Shown: positions 45,020 through 55,077 of the stretch, piece after piece | How the letters are laid out: the number at the start of each line of letters is the position of its first letter | Numbering within the stretch: the first letter of the stretch is position 1 | Assembly (NCBI GenBank): GCA_963845565.1 | Contig: CAWJSJ010000005.1 | Location: 512,001-576,000 of the forward strand | Length of the DNA: 64,000 bases | Direction: 5' to 3' | Source: an uncultured Methylomirabilota bacterium | Lineage (GTDB): Bacteria > Methylomirabilota > Methylomirabilia > Methylomirabilales > 2-02-FULL-66-22 | Position numbers and translations under genes: made by a program | Notes under the pieces: model-generated | What the model was told of the DNA's origin: nothing | Databases searched by the model: none | The model's input: only the letters and a program-made list of their open reading frames with translations

Positions 45020-46198
45020 ATGGCTCAGAGCAGGTTTGACGAGGTCGTGGACCGGCGGAAGACCGGCTCGCTGAAATGGGACGGAACGCAGACGCGTTTC
45101 GGCGTCGCGGGGGACGATCTGCTGCCCATGTGGGTGGCGGACACGGAATTCCTGACACCCGCGCCGGTGATCGAGGCGCTGGTCCGCCGGGCGCGTCACG
45201 GAGTCTTCGGCTACTCGGTCGCTCCGGCGGCCTATTTCGAGGCCGTCCAGGGGTGGATGCGGCGGCGGCACGGCTGGGACGTCGCGGAGGAGTGGATGAC
45301 CGCGACGCCCGGCGTGGTGTGTGCCGTGAACCTCCTCATTCGCACGCTGACCGATCGCGGCGACGGCGTGGTCATCCAGCCGCCGGTGTACTACCCGTTC
45401 CGGAGGGGAATCGAGGACAACGGATGCCGGGTCCTGGTGAACCGGCTATGCCTCGACGGCGAGCGGTATCGCATGGACCTGGACGACCTGGAGCGGAAGC
45501 TGCCCGACGCCAAGCTGCTGATCCTGTGCAGCCCGCACAATCCCGTGGGGCGGGTGTGGAGCGCGGACGAGCTCCGGACGCTGGGGGAATTGTGCCTCCG
45601 CCACGGCGTGGTCGTCGTCTCGGACGAGATCCACTTCGACCTGGTCCTCCCGGGCCATTCCCACACCGTCTTCGCCACCCTCTCGCCGGAACTCGCGCAG
45701 CAGTCGGTGGTCTGCACGGCAGCCAGCAAGACGTTCAATCTGCCGGGGCTCCAGCCGGCCATCAGCGTGATTCCCAACCCACGCCTGCGGCGCGATTTCA
45801 GCCACACCCTGCGCGCGTGCGGAATTCCGGGGCCGAACGCGTTCTGCCTGGAGGCCGTCACGGCGGCGTACAGGCACGGCGAGGAATGGCTCGCCGAGCT
45901 GCTGGTATACCTGGAGGGGAATGTGGATTTCCTTTCCCGGTTCGTCCGGACGGAGATCCCGCAGCTTCGCGTCGTCCGGCCCGAAGGGACGTTCCTGGCC
46001 TGGCTGGATTGCCGTGCGCTGGGCCTCGACCCGGGGGAATTGGAGCGCCTGCTCCTGTCGAAGGGCCGGCTGGTCCTCAGCCAAGGGCACACCTTCGGCC
46101 CGGGCGGGGAGGGGTTCGTGCGCATGAATCTCGGCTGTCCGCGATCGATGCTGGAGGACGGGTTGGGCCGTCTGGCCCGCGCGGTGCGGAGTCTGTGA
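45020..46198 (+). CDS. PLP-dependent C-S lyase, MalY/PatB family
   Basis: LPMWVAD, CSPHNPVGRVW, SDEIH, ASKTFN, EGTFLAWLD. Confidence 0.92.
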   Translation: MAQSRFDEVVDRRKTGSLKWDGTQTRFGVAGDDLLPMWVADTEFLTPAPVIEALVRRARHGVFGYSVAPAAYFEAVQGWMRRRHGWDVAEEWMTATPGVVCAVNLLIRTLTDRGDGVVIQPPVYYPFRRGIEDNGCRVLVNRLCLDGERYRMDLDDLERKLPDAKLLILCSPHNPVGRVWSADELRTLGELCLRHGVVVVSDEIHFDLVLPGHSHTVFATLSPELAQQSVVCTAASKTFNLPGLQPAISVIPNPRLRRDFSHTLRACGIPGPNAFCLEAVTAAYRHGEEWLAELLVYLEGNVDFLSRFVRTEIPQLRVVRPEGTFLAWLDCRALGLDPGELERLLLSKGRLVLSQGHTFGPGGEGFVRMNLGCPRSMLEDGLGRLARAVRSL

Positions 46199-46236
46199 CG
46201 GGCCGAAGCGGCCGGCCCGAAGGCATGTCCTTAAAC

Positions 46237-46269
46237 CACGACCGGCGGCCCGATGGGCCGCCGGTCGTG
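46237..46269. terminator. Hairpin between the convergent patB-like gene and tRNA-Leu
   Basis: Perfect 15-bp stem CACGACCGGCGGCCC-GAT-GGGCCGCCGGTCGTG. Confidence 0.7.
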
Positions 46270-46280
46270 ATGGCTGCGTC

Positions 46281-46365
46281 TGGTGGGGAAGGAGGGACTT
46301 GAACCCTCATGAGTTGCCTCACACGCCCCTCAAACGTGCGCGTCTGCCAGTTCCGCCACTTCCCC
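46281..46365 (-). tRNA. tRNA-Leu (anticodon GAG)
   Basis: GGGGAAG/CTTCCCC acceptor stem, A73 and encoded CCA, anticodon loop TTGAGGG, long variable arm, GGTTCAAGTCC T-arm. Confidence 0.96.
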
Positions 46366-46563
46366 GCGGATGCATTTCTACCGCCTCGCGCCGCGAATTG
46401 TCAATCGAAAAGCGAGGAGCGAGCGCGCCGAACAGGAGAGGCGTCGGTCACGAACGCGCGCGCGGTCGGCGCCGAGCAACAGCTCGACGGCGGGTTCGGC
46501 TTGAGGTCCGGCGCCGCATTGGGTATGATGAACCGAACCCCGACCACGGAAGGAGCGAGACGC

Positions 46564-47208
46564 ATGCGGGCGGCGACGGTCACGCTGGGGGTCCTGGTGC
46601 TGGTGGGCGCGCTGGCCGGGTGCGCGACCACCACCGTACGACAGACGCGCATCCTGACCGGACAGGTCACCGACGAATCGGGGGCGCCGGTCGCCGGGAA
46701 TCCGGTGTTGCTGGTGGCCCGGTCGCTGGACCTGTCCGCGGTGCGGATGCAGTACGACGAGCGCGGCCGACGCGAAGTGCAGACCGTCACCGACGGCCAG
46801 GGGCGGTACCGGATCGAATTCGTTCCCGCCAGCCTGGGGAACAACTTCTTCCTGTTCTTCTCCGACGCCGCGGGCTTCGATCGGGTCAAATATCAGCGCC
46901 TCGAGCCCCTGGACGTCACCGATCGGCTGCGCCGCGACGGTACGACCACCGTCAATCCGGTGCTGCGGTTTCAACCGAGCTGGCCCGAGGCGGAGCGACA
47001 GATCGCCTTCTACGGGCCGGAGTCGGAGCGGGGCCGGATCCTGCGTAGGCACGGCGTGCCGGAGAAGCGGGAAACCCCGGCGGGACCCGGGGACGCGACC
47101 GAGGCCTGGTGGTATTACGCCGATGGGGTGACCTACTGGTTCAGCGGCTCCGCGCTGATCCGGACCAGCACCTCTCCGTCGATCCCGGGACCGCTGCCCC
47201 CGCGATAG
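46564..47208 (+). CDS. Putative lipoprotein with a carboxypeptidase-regulatory-like beta domain
   Basis: Lipobox LAGC; LTGQVTDESGAPV and TDGQGRY motifs; AAGGAG RBS. Confidence 0.7.
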   Translation: MRAATVTLGVLVLVGALAGCATTTVRQTRILTGQVTDESGAPVAGNPVLLVARSLDLSAVRMQYDERGRREVQTVTDGQGRYRIEFVPASLGNNFFLFFSDAAGFDRVKYQRLEPLDVTDRLRRDGTTTVNPVLRFQPSWPEAERQIAFYGPESERGRILRRHGVPEKRETPAGPGDATEAWWYYADGVTYWFSGSALIRTSTSPSIPGPLPPR

Positions 47209-47237
47209 GGCCCGGTCGGCCGCAGACGTTCGACCGC

Positions 47238-48281
47238 CTATCGGATCACGCGCTCTGCCTGGACGAGGTCGATGAAGGTCTCCATCAGGCGGGCGTCTGA
47301 CCAGCCCTTGGCGGTCTCTTCGCGCATCAGGGCGAAGGACTGCTCCAGCGGGAAGGCGGACTTGTAGGGCCGCTGCGTGGTGAAGGCGTCGAAGAGATCC
47401 ACCACCTGGAGGATGCGGGCCGTGAGGGGGATCGCCGCGCCGGCGAGTCCGTCCGGGTACCCGCTGCCGTCCCAGCGCTCGTGGTGGTGGCGGATGATGG
47501 GCAGGACCAGGCGCAGGGACCGGAGCGGGGAGCAGATCCGCTCCCCGATGACGGGGTGGGCCTGCATGACCGTCCGCTCCTCCGGCGTCAGCGGCCCTGG
47601 TTTCAAGAGGATGGAGTCCGGGATCCCGATCTTGCCCACGTCGTGCAGGATGCCCCCGCGGTGGAGCGCCTTCAGATACTCCTCCGACACGCCGAGCTTT
47701 TTCCCCAGCGCCACACTGTACCGGGCCAGCCGATCGCAGTGGCCGATCGTGTAGGGGTCCTTGGCCTCGACGCTGAGGGCCAGGCTGAAGAGCACGGTCT
47801 CGGCGTTTTCCAGCTCGTCGGTGTGCCGCTTCAGCTTCAGCAGGGACCGCACGCGGGTGATCAGCTCCTGCCGGTTGAAGGGCTTGCTCAGGAAGTCGTC
47901 GGCGCCCGCCTCGATGCCCCGGATCCGCTGCTCGGTCGCCTGCAGCGAGGTGATCATCACGACGGGAATCAGGATCGTCCGCGCGTCCGACTTGAGCCGC
48001 CGGCAGACCTCGTACCCGTCGAGTGTCGGCATGACGACGTCCAGGAGGATCAGGTCGGGCGGGTCGGCCTCCACCTTGGCCAGCGCCTCGTCCCCGTCCT
48101 GGGCCGTGGAGACATGATACCCCTCGCCGTTCAGTTCGTCCTTCAGCATCTCCCGGTCCAACGCACTGTCGTCCACCGCCAGGATGTGCGTCCGGGCGCG
48201 ATCGTCGGGAAGGGAGGCCGCGAGTCCCTGGAGTGTGAACGTGAACGCCTGCGACTCGGGTTGCGGCTGGATCTCGGTCAT
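47238..48281 (-). CDS. REC + HD-GYP response regulator (RpfG-like cyclic dinucleotide phosphodiesterase)
   Basis: Receiver LLDVVMP, EAKDPYTIGH, LHDVGKIG, HHERWDGSGYP. Confidence 0.92.
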   Translation of the reverse strand: MTEIQPQPESQAFTFTLQGLAASLPDDRARTHILAVDDSALDREMLKDELNGEGYHVSTAQDGDEALAKVEADPPDLILLDVVMPTLDGYEVCRRLKSDARTILIPVVMITSLQATEQRIRGIEAGADDFLSKPFNRQELITRVRSLLKLKRHTDELENAETVLFSLALSVEAKDPYTIGHCDRLARYSVALGKKLGVSEEYLKALHRGGILHDVGKIGIPDSILLKPGPLTPEERTVMQAHPVIGERICSPLRSLRLVLPIIRHHHERWDGSGYPDGLAGAAIPLTARILQVVDLFDAFTTQRPYKSAFPLEQSFALMREETAKGWSDARLMETFIDLVQAERVIR

Positions 48282-48639
48282 GGTCGGTCTTTCCTGGAGC
48301 ACGTTCCCGATGGATGCGACGTATCCGATCGGATCGGCATGGCCGGGTTCCCGGGTGCGAGCGCGCCCGGGCCCGACAGGCACCAGCGCCCCTGAGGCGC
48401 GCCGGAGGACTCTTTAACATACCGCCCGATCACGGTCAAGCGGCCTTTTCCCGTTGCTTTTTGGAAACGGGGCTGGTAGTAAGAATGCGCATTTCCGCCT
48501 CGCGAAGCCCGCCGGCCCGACCCGGCCGCTTGGTGCGCCGGCCGGCATGGTGGGGGTTTCCCGCCACCGTGCGGCGACATCCCGCTGCGGGGCGGGGCAG
48601 GGTTTCCCGTCCGGACAGCGTCTCGGTGTGGAGGAACTC

Positions 48640-49008
48640 ATGGCAAGAGTCCTGGTCGTGGATGATGAACCGGATTCGGTCGAACTGCTGCAGGAGTTCC
48701 TGACCGGCAAAGGGTACGAGGTGATCACGGCGTCCAACGGGGACGACGCCCTCAAAAAGGTCAAGGCGGAGCGGCCGCACCTCATCCTGCTGGACGTCCG
48801 CATGCCCGGGATGAGCGGGTTCGACGTGCTGCGCGAGGTGCGGCAGTTCGATCAGGAGGTCGGGGTGATCATGGTCACGGGGGTCAACGAGGAGGAGGCC
48901 GGTCGCCAGGCGTTGAAGGCGGGCGCCTTCGACTACATCGTGAAGCCCCTGGACCTGGAGTACCTCGAGCGCAGCCTGTGGTACAAGATCACCACGATGC
49001 TGCTGTAA
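48640..49008 (+). CDS. Single-domain response regulator
   Basis: VLVVDDE, LLDVRMP, MVTG, YIVKP; GGAGG RBS. Confidence 0.92.
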   Translation: MARVLVVDDEPDSVELLQEFLTGKGYEVITASNGDDALKKVKAERPHLILLDVRMPGMSGFDVLREVRQFDQEVGVIMVTGVNEEEAGRQALKAGAFDYIVKPLDLEYLERSLWYKITTMLL

Positions 49009-49013
49009 AGAGA

Positions 49014-49039
49014 CAATGTAAAACCGACAACTGACAACC
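49014..49039 (+). repeat. AACCGAN heptamer element, copy 2 (left arm only)
   Basis: CAATGTAAAACCGACAACTGACAACC. Confidence 0.75.
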
Positions 49040-49067
49040 CGCCAAGGGGCGTAGAAGGAACCGGACC

Positions 49068-50744
49068 GTGACCAAGGAAGAACTGGAGCAGATCGAGGCG
49101 CAGCAGCGACGCTGGGAAGCGGGAGCGCTCAAGAAGACCCTGGACCGGGCGTCGGAGCGTCAGACGGGGTTCGCCACCACCTCCGGGATTCCGCTGGAGC
49201 GAGTGTACACGCCCCTCGACGTGGCGGGCCAAGACTACGAGCGAGATCTCGGGTTCCCCGGGGAGTACCCGTTCACGCGGGGCGTGCAGCCCACCATGTA
49301 CCGGGGCCGGTACTGGACCATGCGGCAGTACGCCGGATTCGGCACCGCCGAGGAATCCAACCGGCGCTACCAGTACCTGTTGCAGCAGGGGCAGACGGGC
49401 CTGTCCGTGGCCTTCGACCTGCCGACCCAGATGGGCTACGACTCCGATCACGCCATGGTGGTCGGCGAGGTCGGCAAGGTCGGCGTGGCGGTCGACTCGC
49501 TGGAGGACATGGAGACGCTCTTCCGGGGCATCCCCCTGGGCAAGGTCAGCACCTCCATGACGATCAACGCCACCGCCGCGATCCTCCTGTGCATGTACCT
49601 CGCGGTGGCCGAGGCGCAGGGCGTGGCCCGCGCGCAACTGACGGGGACCATCCAGAACGACATCCTGAAGGAATACGTGGCGCGGGGCACCTATATCTTC
49701 CCCCCGACCCCGTCCATGCGCCTCATCACCGATACCTTCGCCTTCTGCGCGGCGGAGTTGCCGCGCTGGAACAGCATCAGCATCAGCGGGTACCACATCC
49801 GCGAGGCGGGCTCCACCGCGGTGCAGGAAGTGGCCTTCACCCTGGCGGACGCCATCGCCTACGTGGACGCGGCCGTCGGGGCGGGTCTCGACGTGGACCG
49901 CTTCGGTCCGCAGCTGGCCTTCTTCTTCAACGCCCACAACCACCTCCTCGAAGAGGTGGCCAAGTTCCGGGCGGCCCGGCGGCTCTGGGCGCGGATCATG
50001 CGGGAGCGGTTCGGCGCCAAGGACCCGCGGTCCTGGATGCTGCGCTTCCATGCGCAGACGGCGGGCTCGTCCCTCACCGCCCAGCAGCCGGAGAATAACG
50101 TGGTGCGGGTGGCGGTGCAGGCCCTGGCGGCGGTCCTGGGCGGCGCCCAGTCGCTCCACACCAACTCGCGGGATGAGGCGCTGGGGCTGCCGACGGAGGA
50201 GGCGGTGCGCATCGCGCTCCGGACGCAGCAGATCCTGGCCCACGAGAGCGGTGTGGCCGAGGTCGTGGACCCGCTGGGCGGCGCGTACGCTGTCGAGGCG
50301 CTGACGTCGCGCATCGAGGCGGATGCACAGGCGTACCTCGACAAGATCGACCGGATGGGCGGGATGCTCCGGGCGATCGAGATGGGCTTCGTCCAGAAGG
50401 AGATCCAGGAGGCCGCCTATCAGGCCCAGCGGGCGCTGGAGGACAAACGGCACGTGGTGGTCGGCGTCAACGAGTTCGTCAGCGAAGGAGCGGCCCGCGT
50501 TCCCGTCTTTGCGGTGGACGAGCGGCTGGGCGTCGAGCAGTGCGCACGGCTCCACGCGGTGCGCGCCCGGCGCGAGGCCGGCCGGGTCCAGGCCGCGCTC
50601 CGGGAGGTGACGTCGGTCGCGGCCGGCACCGGGAACCTTCTCCCGCCCATCCTGGACGCCGTCCGGGCCTACGCCACCATCGGGGAGATCTGCGACGCCC
50701 TGCGCAGCGTCTTCGGGGTGCATCAGGAGACGGTGATATTGTAA
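49068..50744 (+). CDS. Methylmalonyl-CoA mutase, large (substrate-binding) subunit
   Basis: [43 protein letters not shown]; no B12-binding domain. Confidence 0.93.
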   Translation: MTKEELEQIEAQQRRWEAGALKKTLDRASERQTGFATTSGIPLERVYTPLDVAGQDYERDLGFPGEYPFTRGVQPTMYRGRYWTMRQYAGFGTAEESNRRYQYLLQQGQTGLSVAFDLPTQMGYDSDHAMVVGEVGKVGVAVDSLEDMETLFRGIPLGKVSTSMTINATAAILLCMYLAVAEAQGVARAQLTGTIQNDILKEYVARGTYIFPPTPSMRLITDTFAFCAAELPRWNSISISGYHIREAGSTAVQEVAFTLADAIAYVDAAVGAGLDVDRFGPQLAFFFNAHNHLLEEVAKFRAARRLWARIMRERFGAKDPRSWMLRFHAQTAGSSLTAQQPENNVVRVAVQALAAVLGGAQSLHTNSRDEALGLPTEEAVRIALRTQQILAHESGVAEVVDPLGGAYAVEALTSRIEADAQAYLDKIDRMGGMLRAIEMGFVQKEIQEAAYQAQRALEDKRHVVVGVNEFVSEGAARVPVFAVDERLGVEQCARLHAVRARREAGRVQAALREVTSVAAGTGNLLPPILDAVRAYATIGEICDALRSVFGVHQETVIL

Positions 50745-50773
50745 AGAAGGCGTTCGGCGTTTCGCCGAGCGCG

Positions 50774-50860
50774 AAATGGAAAACCGACAACCGATAACCG
50801 AAAACCCATCAACGGGCCCCATTGACCGGTTTCGTATTGTCGGGTGTCGGTTTTTCATTG
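50774..50860. repeat. AACCGAN heptamer palindrome, copy 3
   Basis: AATGGAAAACCGACAACCGATAACCGAA...TGTCGGGTGTCGGTTTTTCATTG. Confidence 0.85.
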
Positions 50861-50900
50861 GCTGTTGCCTCAAGCGTGCTCCGCTTGTCCGTCTTTCCAC

Positions 50901-50928
50901 TGAAAGCTGACCGCTGATCGCTGACAGC
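50901..50928 (+). repeat. GCTGANN heptamer tandem (single arm)
   Basis: TGAAA GCTGACC GCTGATC GCTGACA GC; followed by TTGACG-N18-TAAGGT (50940-50969). Confidence 0.75.
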
Positions 50929-51008
50929 CGCCTTTCCCATTGACGCCTCTCCGCTGTCTCCAGTAAGGTGGCGGGGGTTGGTTTTCTGGACGACGTGGAG
51001 GGTGAGCC

Positions 51009-52883
51009 ATGCAAGCACGACGATTCCTGGGCGGCCTGTCGGTCGTGGCCGCGTTGTGTGTTCTGGGGTGGGGAGGCGGCGTCGCCGCGCAGGAGCCGGC
51101 CTACGGCTCCGCGGCGGTGGAGATCGCGGAGCGGATCGCGGCCGCGTTTCCCAAGGTGACGGGACAGGTCATCGGGCTGGAGCGGGAACGGGTGCTGCTG
51201 GATCTCGGCGCCAAGGACGCCGTGATCCCGGGTTTGGAACTGCAGATCTACCGCGAGGGGCAGGAGTTCAAGCATCCCTATACGGGCCAGATCCTCGGGA
51301 AGCTCGACCGTGATGTGGGGCGGGTGCGGATCCTGGAGGTGCAGCCGAACTTCTGCGTGGCCGAGGTGATTCAGCAGGCCGAAGGGACCATGGTGCAGCA
51401 GGGTGACAGGGCCCGCGTCACCACGGCGCGCATCATCGTGGCGCTGCCGAACGTGGACGTCAGCGACGTGGCCGGGGCCAACACACGCTCGGTGACCCGG
51501 GACCTGGTGAACGCGCTGGTCAAGAGCAACCGCTTCGAGGTGATGCCCGATCAGCGCATCCGAGCCGCATTGGCCGAAGAGAAGCTCACGGCAACCGACT
51601 CGCTGGCCGATCCGGCGGTGCTGCAGGTCCTCTGGAAGCGGCTGCGGGTCACGGCGGTGCTGCTGGGCAAGCTGAGCGTGCTCGAGAAATCCGTGCGCTG
51701 GGATGTCCAGGTCCTCTCCACCGTCCGGGGCGACACCATCACCCTGGCCGGTGCCGAGGTGAAGGGCGCCGCGCCCCGGGCTGCGTCGGCGGCGCCGGCG
51801 CGTGGGGGAGGGAACTTCGCGGGGCAGGATGCGCCCCGGATCGACCAGATCGCGCTGCGCTCGCAGGAGGTGCCGTACAAGGGGCGGGCCATGGCCGTGG
51901 GAGAGTTCACCGGGGACGGCACGGTGAAGCTGGCCATCAGCGACGGGCAAGGGGTGTTCATCTACGACGTGGGCGCGACCGGGATCAAGCTGATCGCCAC
52001 CATTCCGGGCCGGACCTCGGAGACCGTCATCTCCCTGGACGCCGCCGACATCAACGGCAACGGCACGGCGGAGATCTTCGTCACGGCCCACACCAGAAAC
52101 ACCCAGTCCGGCTTCTCGCAGCTCCGATCGTACGTCCTGGAATACCAGAACGGGAAATACAACAAGATCTGGCAGGACGTCGAACTTCACTTCCGCGTGA
52201 TGGAGGGGCCGGGGGGCGCGCTGCAGTTGTACGCGCAGGGCGCCGGGGACCAGGTGTTCAGCGGTCCCGTGCGCCGGTATCTCTGGCAGGGGAGTCGCTA
52301 CGTGCCCGGCGAGGTGGTCCTCCTTCCCAAGGCGTTCCCGAATATCTACGGCTTCATCCAGGCCGATCTGGAGGGCGACGGGACGTTGAAGGTCCTGGTG
52401 CTGGACCATCAGGATTATCTGCGGGTCTTCGACCGGAGCGGGGCGGAGCTCTACCGGACGAGCGATCGGTTCGGCGGAACGGAGAATGTCATCGAATACG
52501 ATCCCTCCCGGGCCGGGGAGAACCCGCGGTCGGGGATCGTACCGAAGCCGATTCTTCTCCAGGGCCGCATGGTCTTCCAGGACGTCATGGGGAACGGGAA
52601 GAAGCAGCTCGTGGTTCCGCGGAACACGCCGTCCACGGGATACGTGTTCGCGACGCGGATGTATGACAAGGGCAAGATGCTGGGTCTCAGTTGGGATGGC
52701 GTGGGGATGCAGCCGGTCTGGGAGACCCGGGAGGTTCCGGGATACATCGCCGACTTCGCCCTCATGGACCCGGACGGGAGCGGAAACCGGAAGCTTGTCC
52801 TCCTGGTCGTCCAGACGAATCTGATCGGGATGTCCACGAGTCGGACGACGGTGGTCTTACTGGATCTCAAACCGCAAGGCTAG
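51009..52883 (+). CDS. Secreted FG-GAP/VCBS repeat protein
   Basis: Signal peptide ending AAQ; repeated DINGNG, DLEGDG, EFTGDG, DVMGNG calcium-loop motifs. Confidence 0.8.
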   Translation: MQARRFLGGLSVVAALCVLGWGGGVAAQEPAYGSAAVEIAERIAAAFPKVTGQVIGLERERVLLDLGAKDAVIPGLELQIYREGQEFKHPYTGQILGKLDRDVGRVRILEVQPNFCVAEVIQQAEGTMVQQGDRARVTTARIIVALPNVDVSDVAGANTRSVTRDLVNALVKSNRFEVMPDQRIRAALAEEKLTATDSLADPAVLQVLWKRLRVTAVLLGKLSVLEKSVRWDVQVLSTVRGDTITLAGAEVKGAAPRAASAAPARGGGNFAGQDAPRIDQIALRSQEVPYKGRAMAVGEFTGDGTVKLAISDGQGVFIYDVGATGIKLIATIPGRTSETVISLDAADINGNGTAEIFVTAHTRNTQSGFSQLRSYVLEYQNGKYNKIWQDVELHFRVMEGPGGALQLYAQGAGDQVFSGPVRRYLWQGSRYVPGEVVLLPKAFPNIYGFIQADLEGDGTLKVLVLDHQDYLRVFDRSGAELYRTSDRFGGTENVIEYDPSRAGENPRSGIVPKPILLQGRMVFQDVMGNGKKQLVVPRNTPSTGYVFATRMYDKGKMLGLSWDGVGMQPVWETREVPGYIADFALMDPDGSGNRKLVLLVVQTNLIGMSTSRTTVVLLDLKPQG

Positions 52884-52900
52884 GCCCTGCGGGCACTGGA

Positions 52901-52986
52901 AAATACTAAAACCGACAACCGAGAACCGGTCAATGAAAAACAACGCATTGGCCGGTTGTCAGTTGTCGGTTGTCCGTTTTACATTG
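52901..52986. repeat. AACCGAN heptamer palindrome, copy 4
   Basis: AACCGACAACCGAGAACCGGTCAATG-loop-CATTGGCCGGTTGTCAGTTGTCGGTTGTCCGTTTTACATTG. Confidence 0.9.
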
Positions 52987-53105
52987 GCCTGAAGTGTGGT
53001 GCGATTGCCATGGTCGCTGTGGTGGGTCGGCCACGACCGGGGGCATGGGTAAAACCGGACAAGGCGTAACCCCTTGTTTCTTGAAGGGTATTTTTCAATG
53101 CAACC

Positions 53106-53121
53106 TGGCATGGATGCTGCA
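53106..53121 (+). promoter_or_regulatory. Sigma54 promoter candidate upstream of the porin
   Basis: TGGCATGGATGCTGCA (GG-N10-GC). Confidence 0.55.
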
Positions 53122-53153
53122 AAATGGCAAACCGGACCTTTTGAAAAAAGATA

Positions 53154-53182
53154 TTGACACCGTATCAGGCGCTTGGTAAGGT
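53154..53182 (+). promoter_or_regulatory. Sigma70 promoter upstream of the porin
   Basis: TTGACA-N17-TAAGGT with extended TGn. Confidence 0.7.
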
Positions 53183-53447
53183 CCCGCCCATTAATAGATT
53201 AGAGGACGATTAGAAAGGGGTTTCCACCCGGACGGCTCCTGGGGCATGGTCGAGGCGGTGCTCGAAAGAGCGGGCGGGTGTTCACGGCGTCATTCTGGTG
53301 CATCCAGTGTCATGCCTCGGTAAAACCGCGATGGCACAACGGCAAAGGGGGGATGTGAAACCGGAAGACTCGGCAAGTTATCTCAGCGGTTCGGTCAGTC
53401 GCTTCACTGGGATCGAACATATCCTACGAGAAATGGAGGGTGACCTA

Positions 53448-54946
53448 ATGAAACAGTTCTGCAAGCTGATGGCCATCGTGGCGCTCGCGCTCCTCGTGGC
53501 CACCCCAGCGATGGCGTTGGACTTCAAGTTCGGCGCCGAGTATCGGGTCCGGTTCTATAACATGGTGAACCAGGGCTTCAGCGACGGCCCAGGGACGAAC
53601 CCGGGCGGTGTCCAGCTCCGCATTCGCCCGCGCTTTGACGTCAGCGACGACAACGGCAACATGACGGCCACGTTGCGGTTGGAGATCGGCGACATCGAGT
53701 GGGGCAACGGCGGCGGCGCGTCGGGCGTGACCAACGCCGGCACGAACGGCAACATCCCGGCGGTGGGCACCCGCGTCGGCAACGGCTCGGGCGGCGCCAT
53801 GGGTGCGGATGGCATCAACGTCGAGACGAAGTGGGCCTACGTGGACTTTGCGTCCCCGATGGGTATCCCGCTCCGCTGGCGCGCCGGCCTCCAGCCCTGG
53901 TATCTGCCGAAGGGCATCATCATCGACGACGACGTGGCCGGCTTGCGGGCCTACGGCAGCTACAAGATGCTAAGCTACGACTTTGGCTGGTACCGCGCGA
54001 GCAGCGGGCAGCCGTGGACCGCGATCACGACGACCGTTTGTACCAACGCCGGTTGTACCACCACGGCGACCGCGATCACGGCGACCCAGAATCCGTCCAA
54101 TAACGTCACCGACAACAACCTGGATTACTACCAGGGCGGTGCCACCCTGAATATGGGCGAAGTGGCTGAACCCCGGCCTGTACTACATCTACGGCCGGAA
54201 CGCGGCCAGCGCGAACCCCGCGGTGGCGTCGCAGCAGTTCCTCGGCTTGACCGTCACCGGCGACCTCGGGTTCCTGAAGTATGACCTGGACTGGTTGTTC
54301 GGTCAGCAGAACGGTGGGAACAGCGGCTCCTTCACGAGCAACGACCCTGGCCGGACGAACGTGCAGGGCTGGGCGCTTGACGCCGGCGTGCACATCCCGG
54401 TCGGCCCGGTTCTGATCCACGCCGTCGGTTCGTACTCCACCGGCGACAAGCAGAACGGCGGCAAGAGCGAGGCGATGCCCTGGATCTCCCCGTCGTGGAA
54501 CGGCGCGGGCGGTCTGTACGAGTTGATCGGCAGCGGCGGCAACTACGACGCGACCGAGACCAGCCAGGACTACCCGGCCGGTCTGTGGATGCTGGGCGCC
54601 GGCGCCGAGTATCGGCCGGTCAAGGCCCTCTGGCTGCGCGGAATGTACGGCTGGGCCGGATGGACCACCAACTCCGCGAACTGTGCCTTCAACGCGCAGC
54701 GGTACCGCAGCCGGCAGCGCGTGCTACGGCCCGAGCTACCGGGGCACGGGCTTCACGGCGACGGCGGCCAACGGTCAGGGTGTCGGCGGCCTCGCCGGCA
54801 AGAGCAGCTTCGGGCAGGAAATCTCCTTCCGGGCCGACTACGACCTCTGGACCAACTTCAAGATCCAGGGCGCGGCCGGTTGGTTGATCCCGACCGGTGG
54901 CGACACGGTCTCCGAGTACGTGCTGCAGCTGTACTACAACTTCTAG
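53448..54946 (+). CDS. Outer-membrane beta-barrel porin, split by two +1 frameshifts (about 54157 and 54697)
   Basis: Signal peptide ending AMA-L, amphipathic aromatic strands across three consecutive frames, C-terminal YVLQLYYNF beta-signal, GGAGG RBS. Confidence 0.8.
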
Positions 54947-54965
54947 TCGGTTGTAGGCATGGCCT

Positions 54966-54999
54966 GAAGGCCCCAGGGGAGCGATCCCCTGGGGCCTTC
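54966..54999 (+). terminator. Terminator-like hairpin after the porin
   Basis: Perfect 15-bp stem GAAGGCCCCAGGGGA-GCGA-TCCCCTGGGGCCTTC; weak U-tail. Confidence 0.75.
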
Positions 55000-55025
55000 G
55001 TGTTCCTGCCAAACGGGGAAGCCGG

Positions 55026-55077
55026 CAATCGTCAATCGTCAATCGTCAACGAACCGACAACCGAGAACCGACCAATG
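55026..55077 (+). repeat. (CAATCGT)x3 heptamer tandem fused to an AACCGAN left arm (copy 5)
   Basis: CAATCGT CAATCGT CAATCGT CAACG AACCGAC AACCGAG AACCGAC CAATG. Confidence 0.85.

Noticed and set aside
46281..46310. tRNA-Leu 3' end as an island attachment site
   Set aside because: No duplicated 3' fragment and no integrase seen in the window.
53126..53400. c-di-GMP-I (GEMM) riboswitch suggested by GGCAAA and GAAA loops
   Set aside because: The GGCAAACC...GAAA...GGACGCAAAGC arrangement is not present; kept only as an unclassified structured leader.
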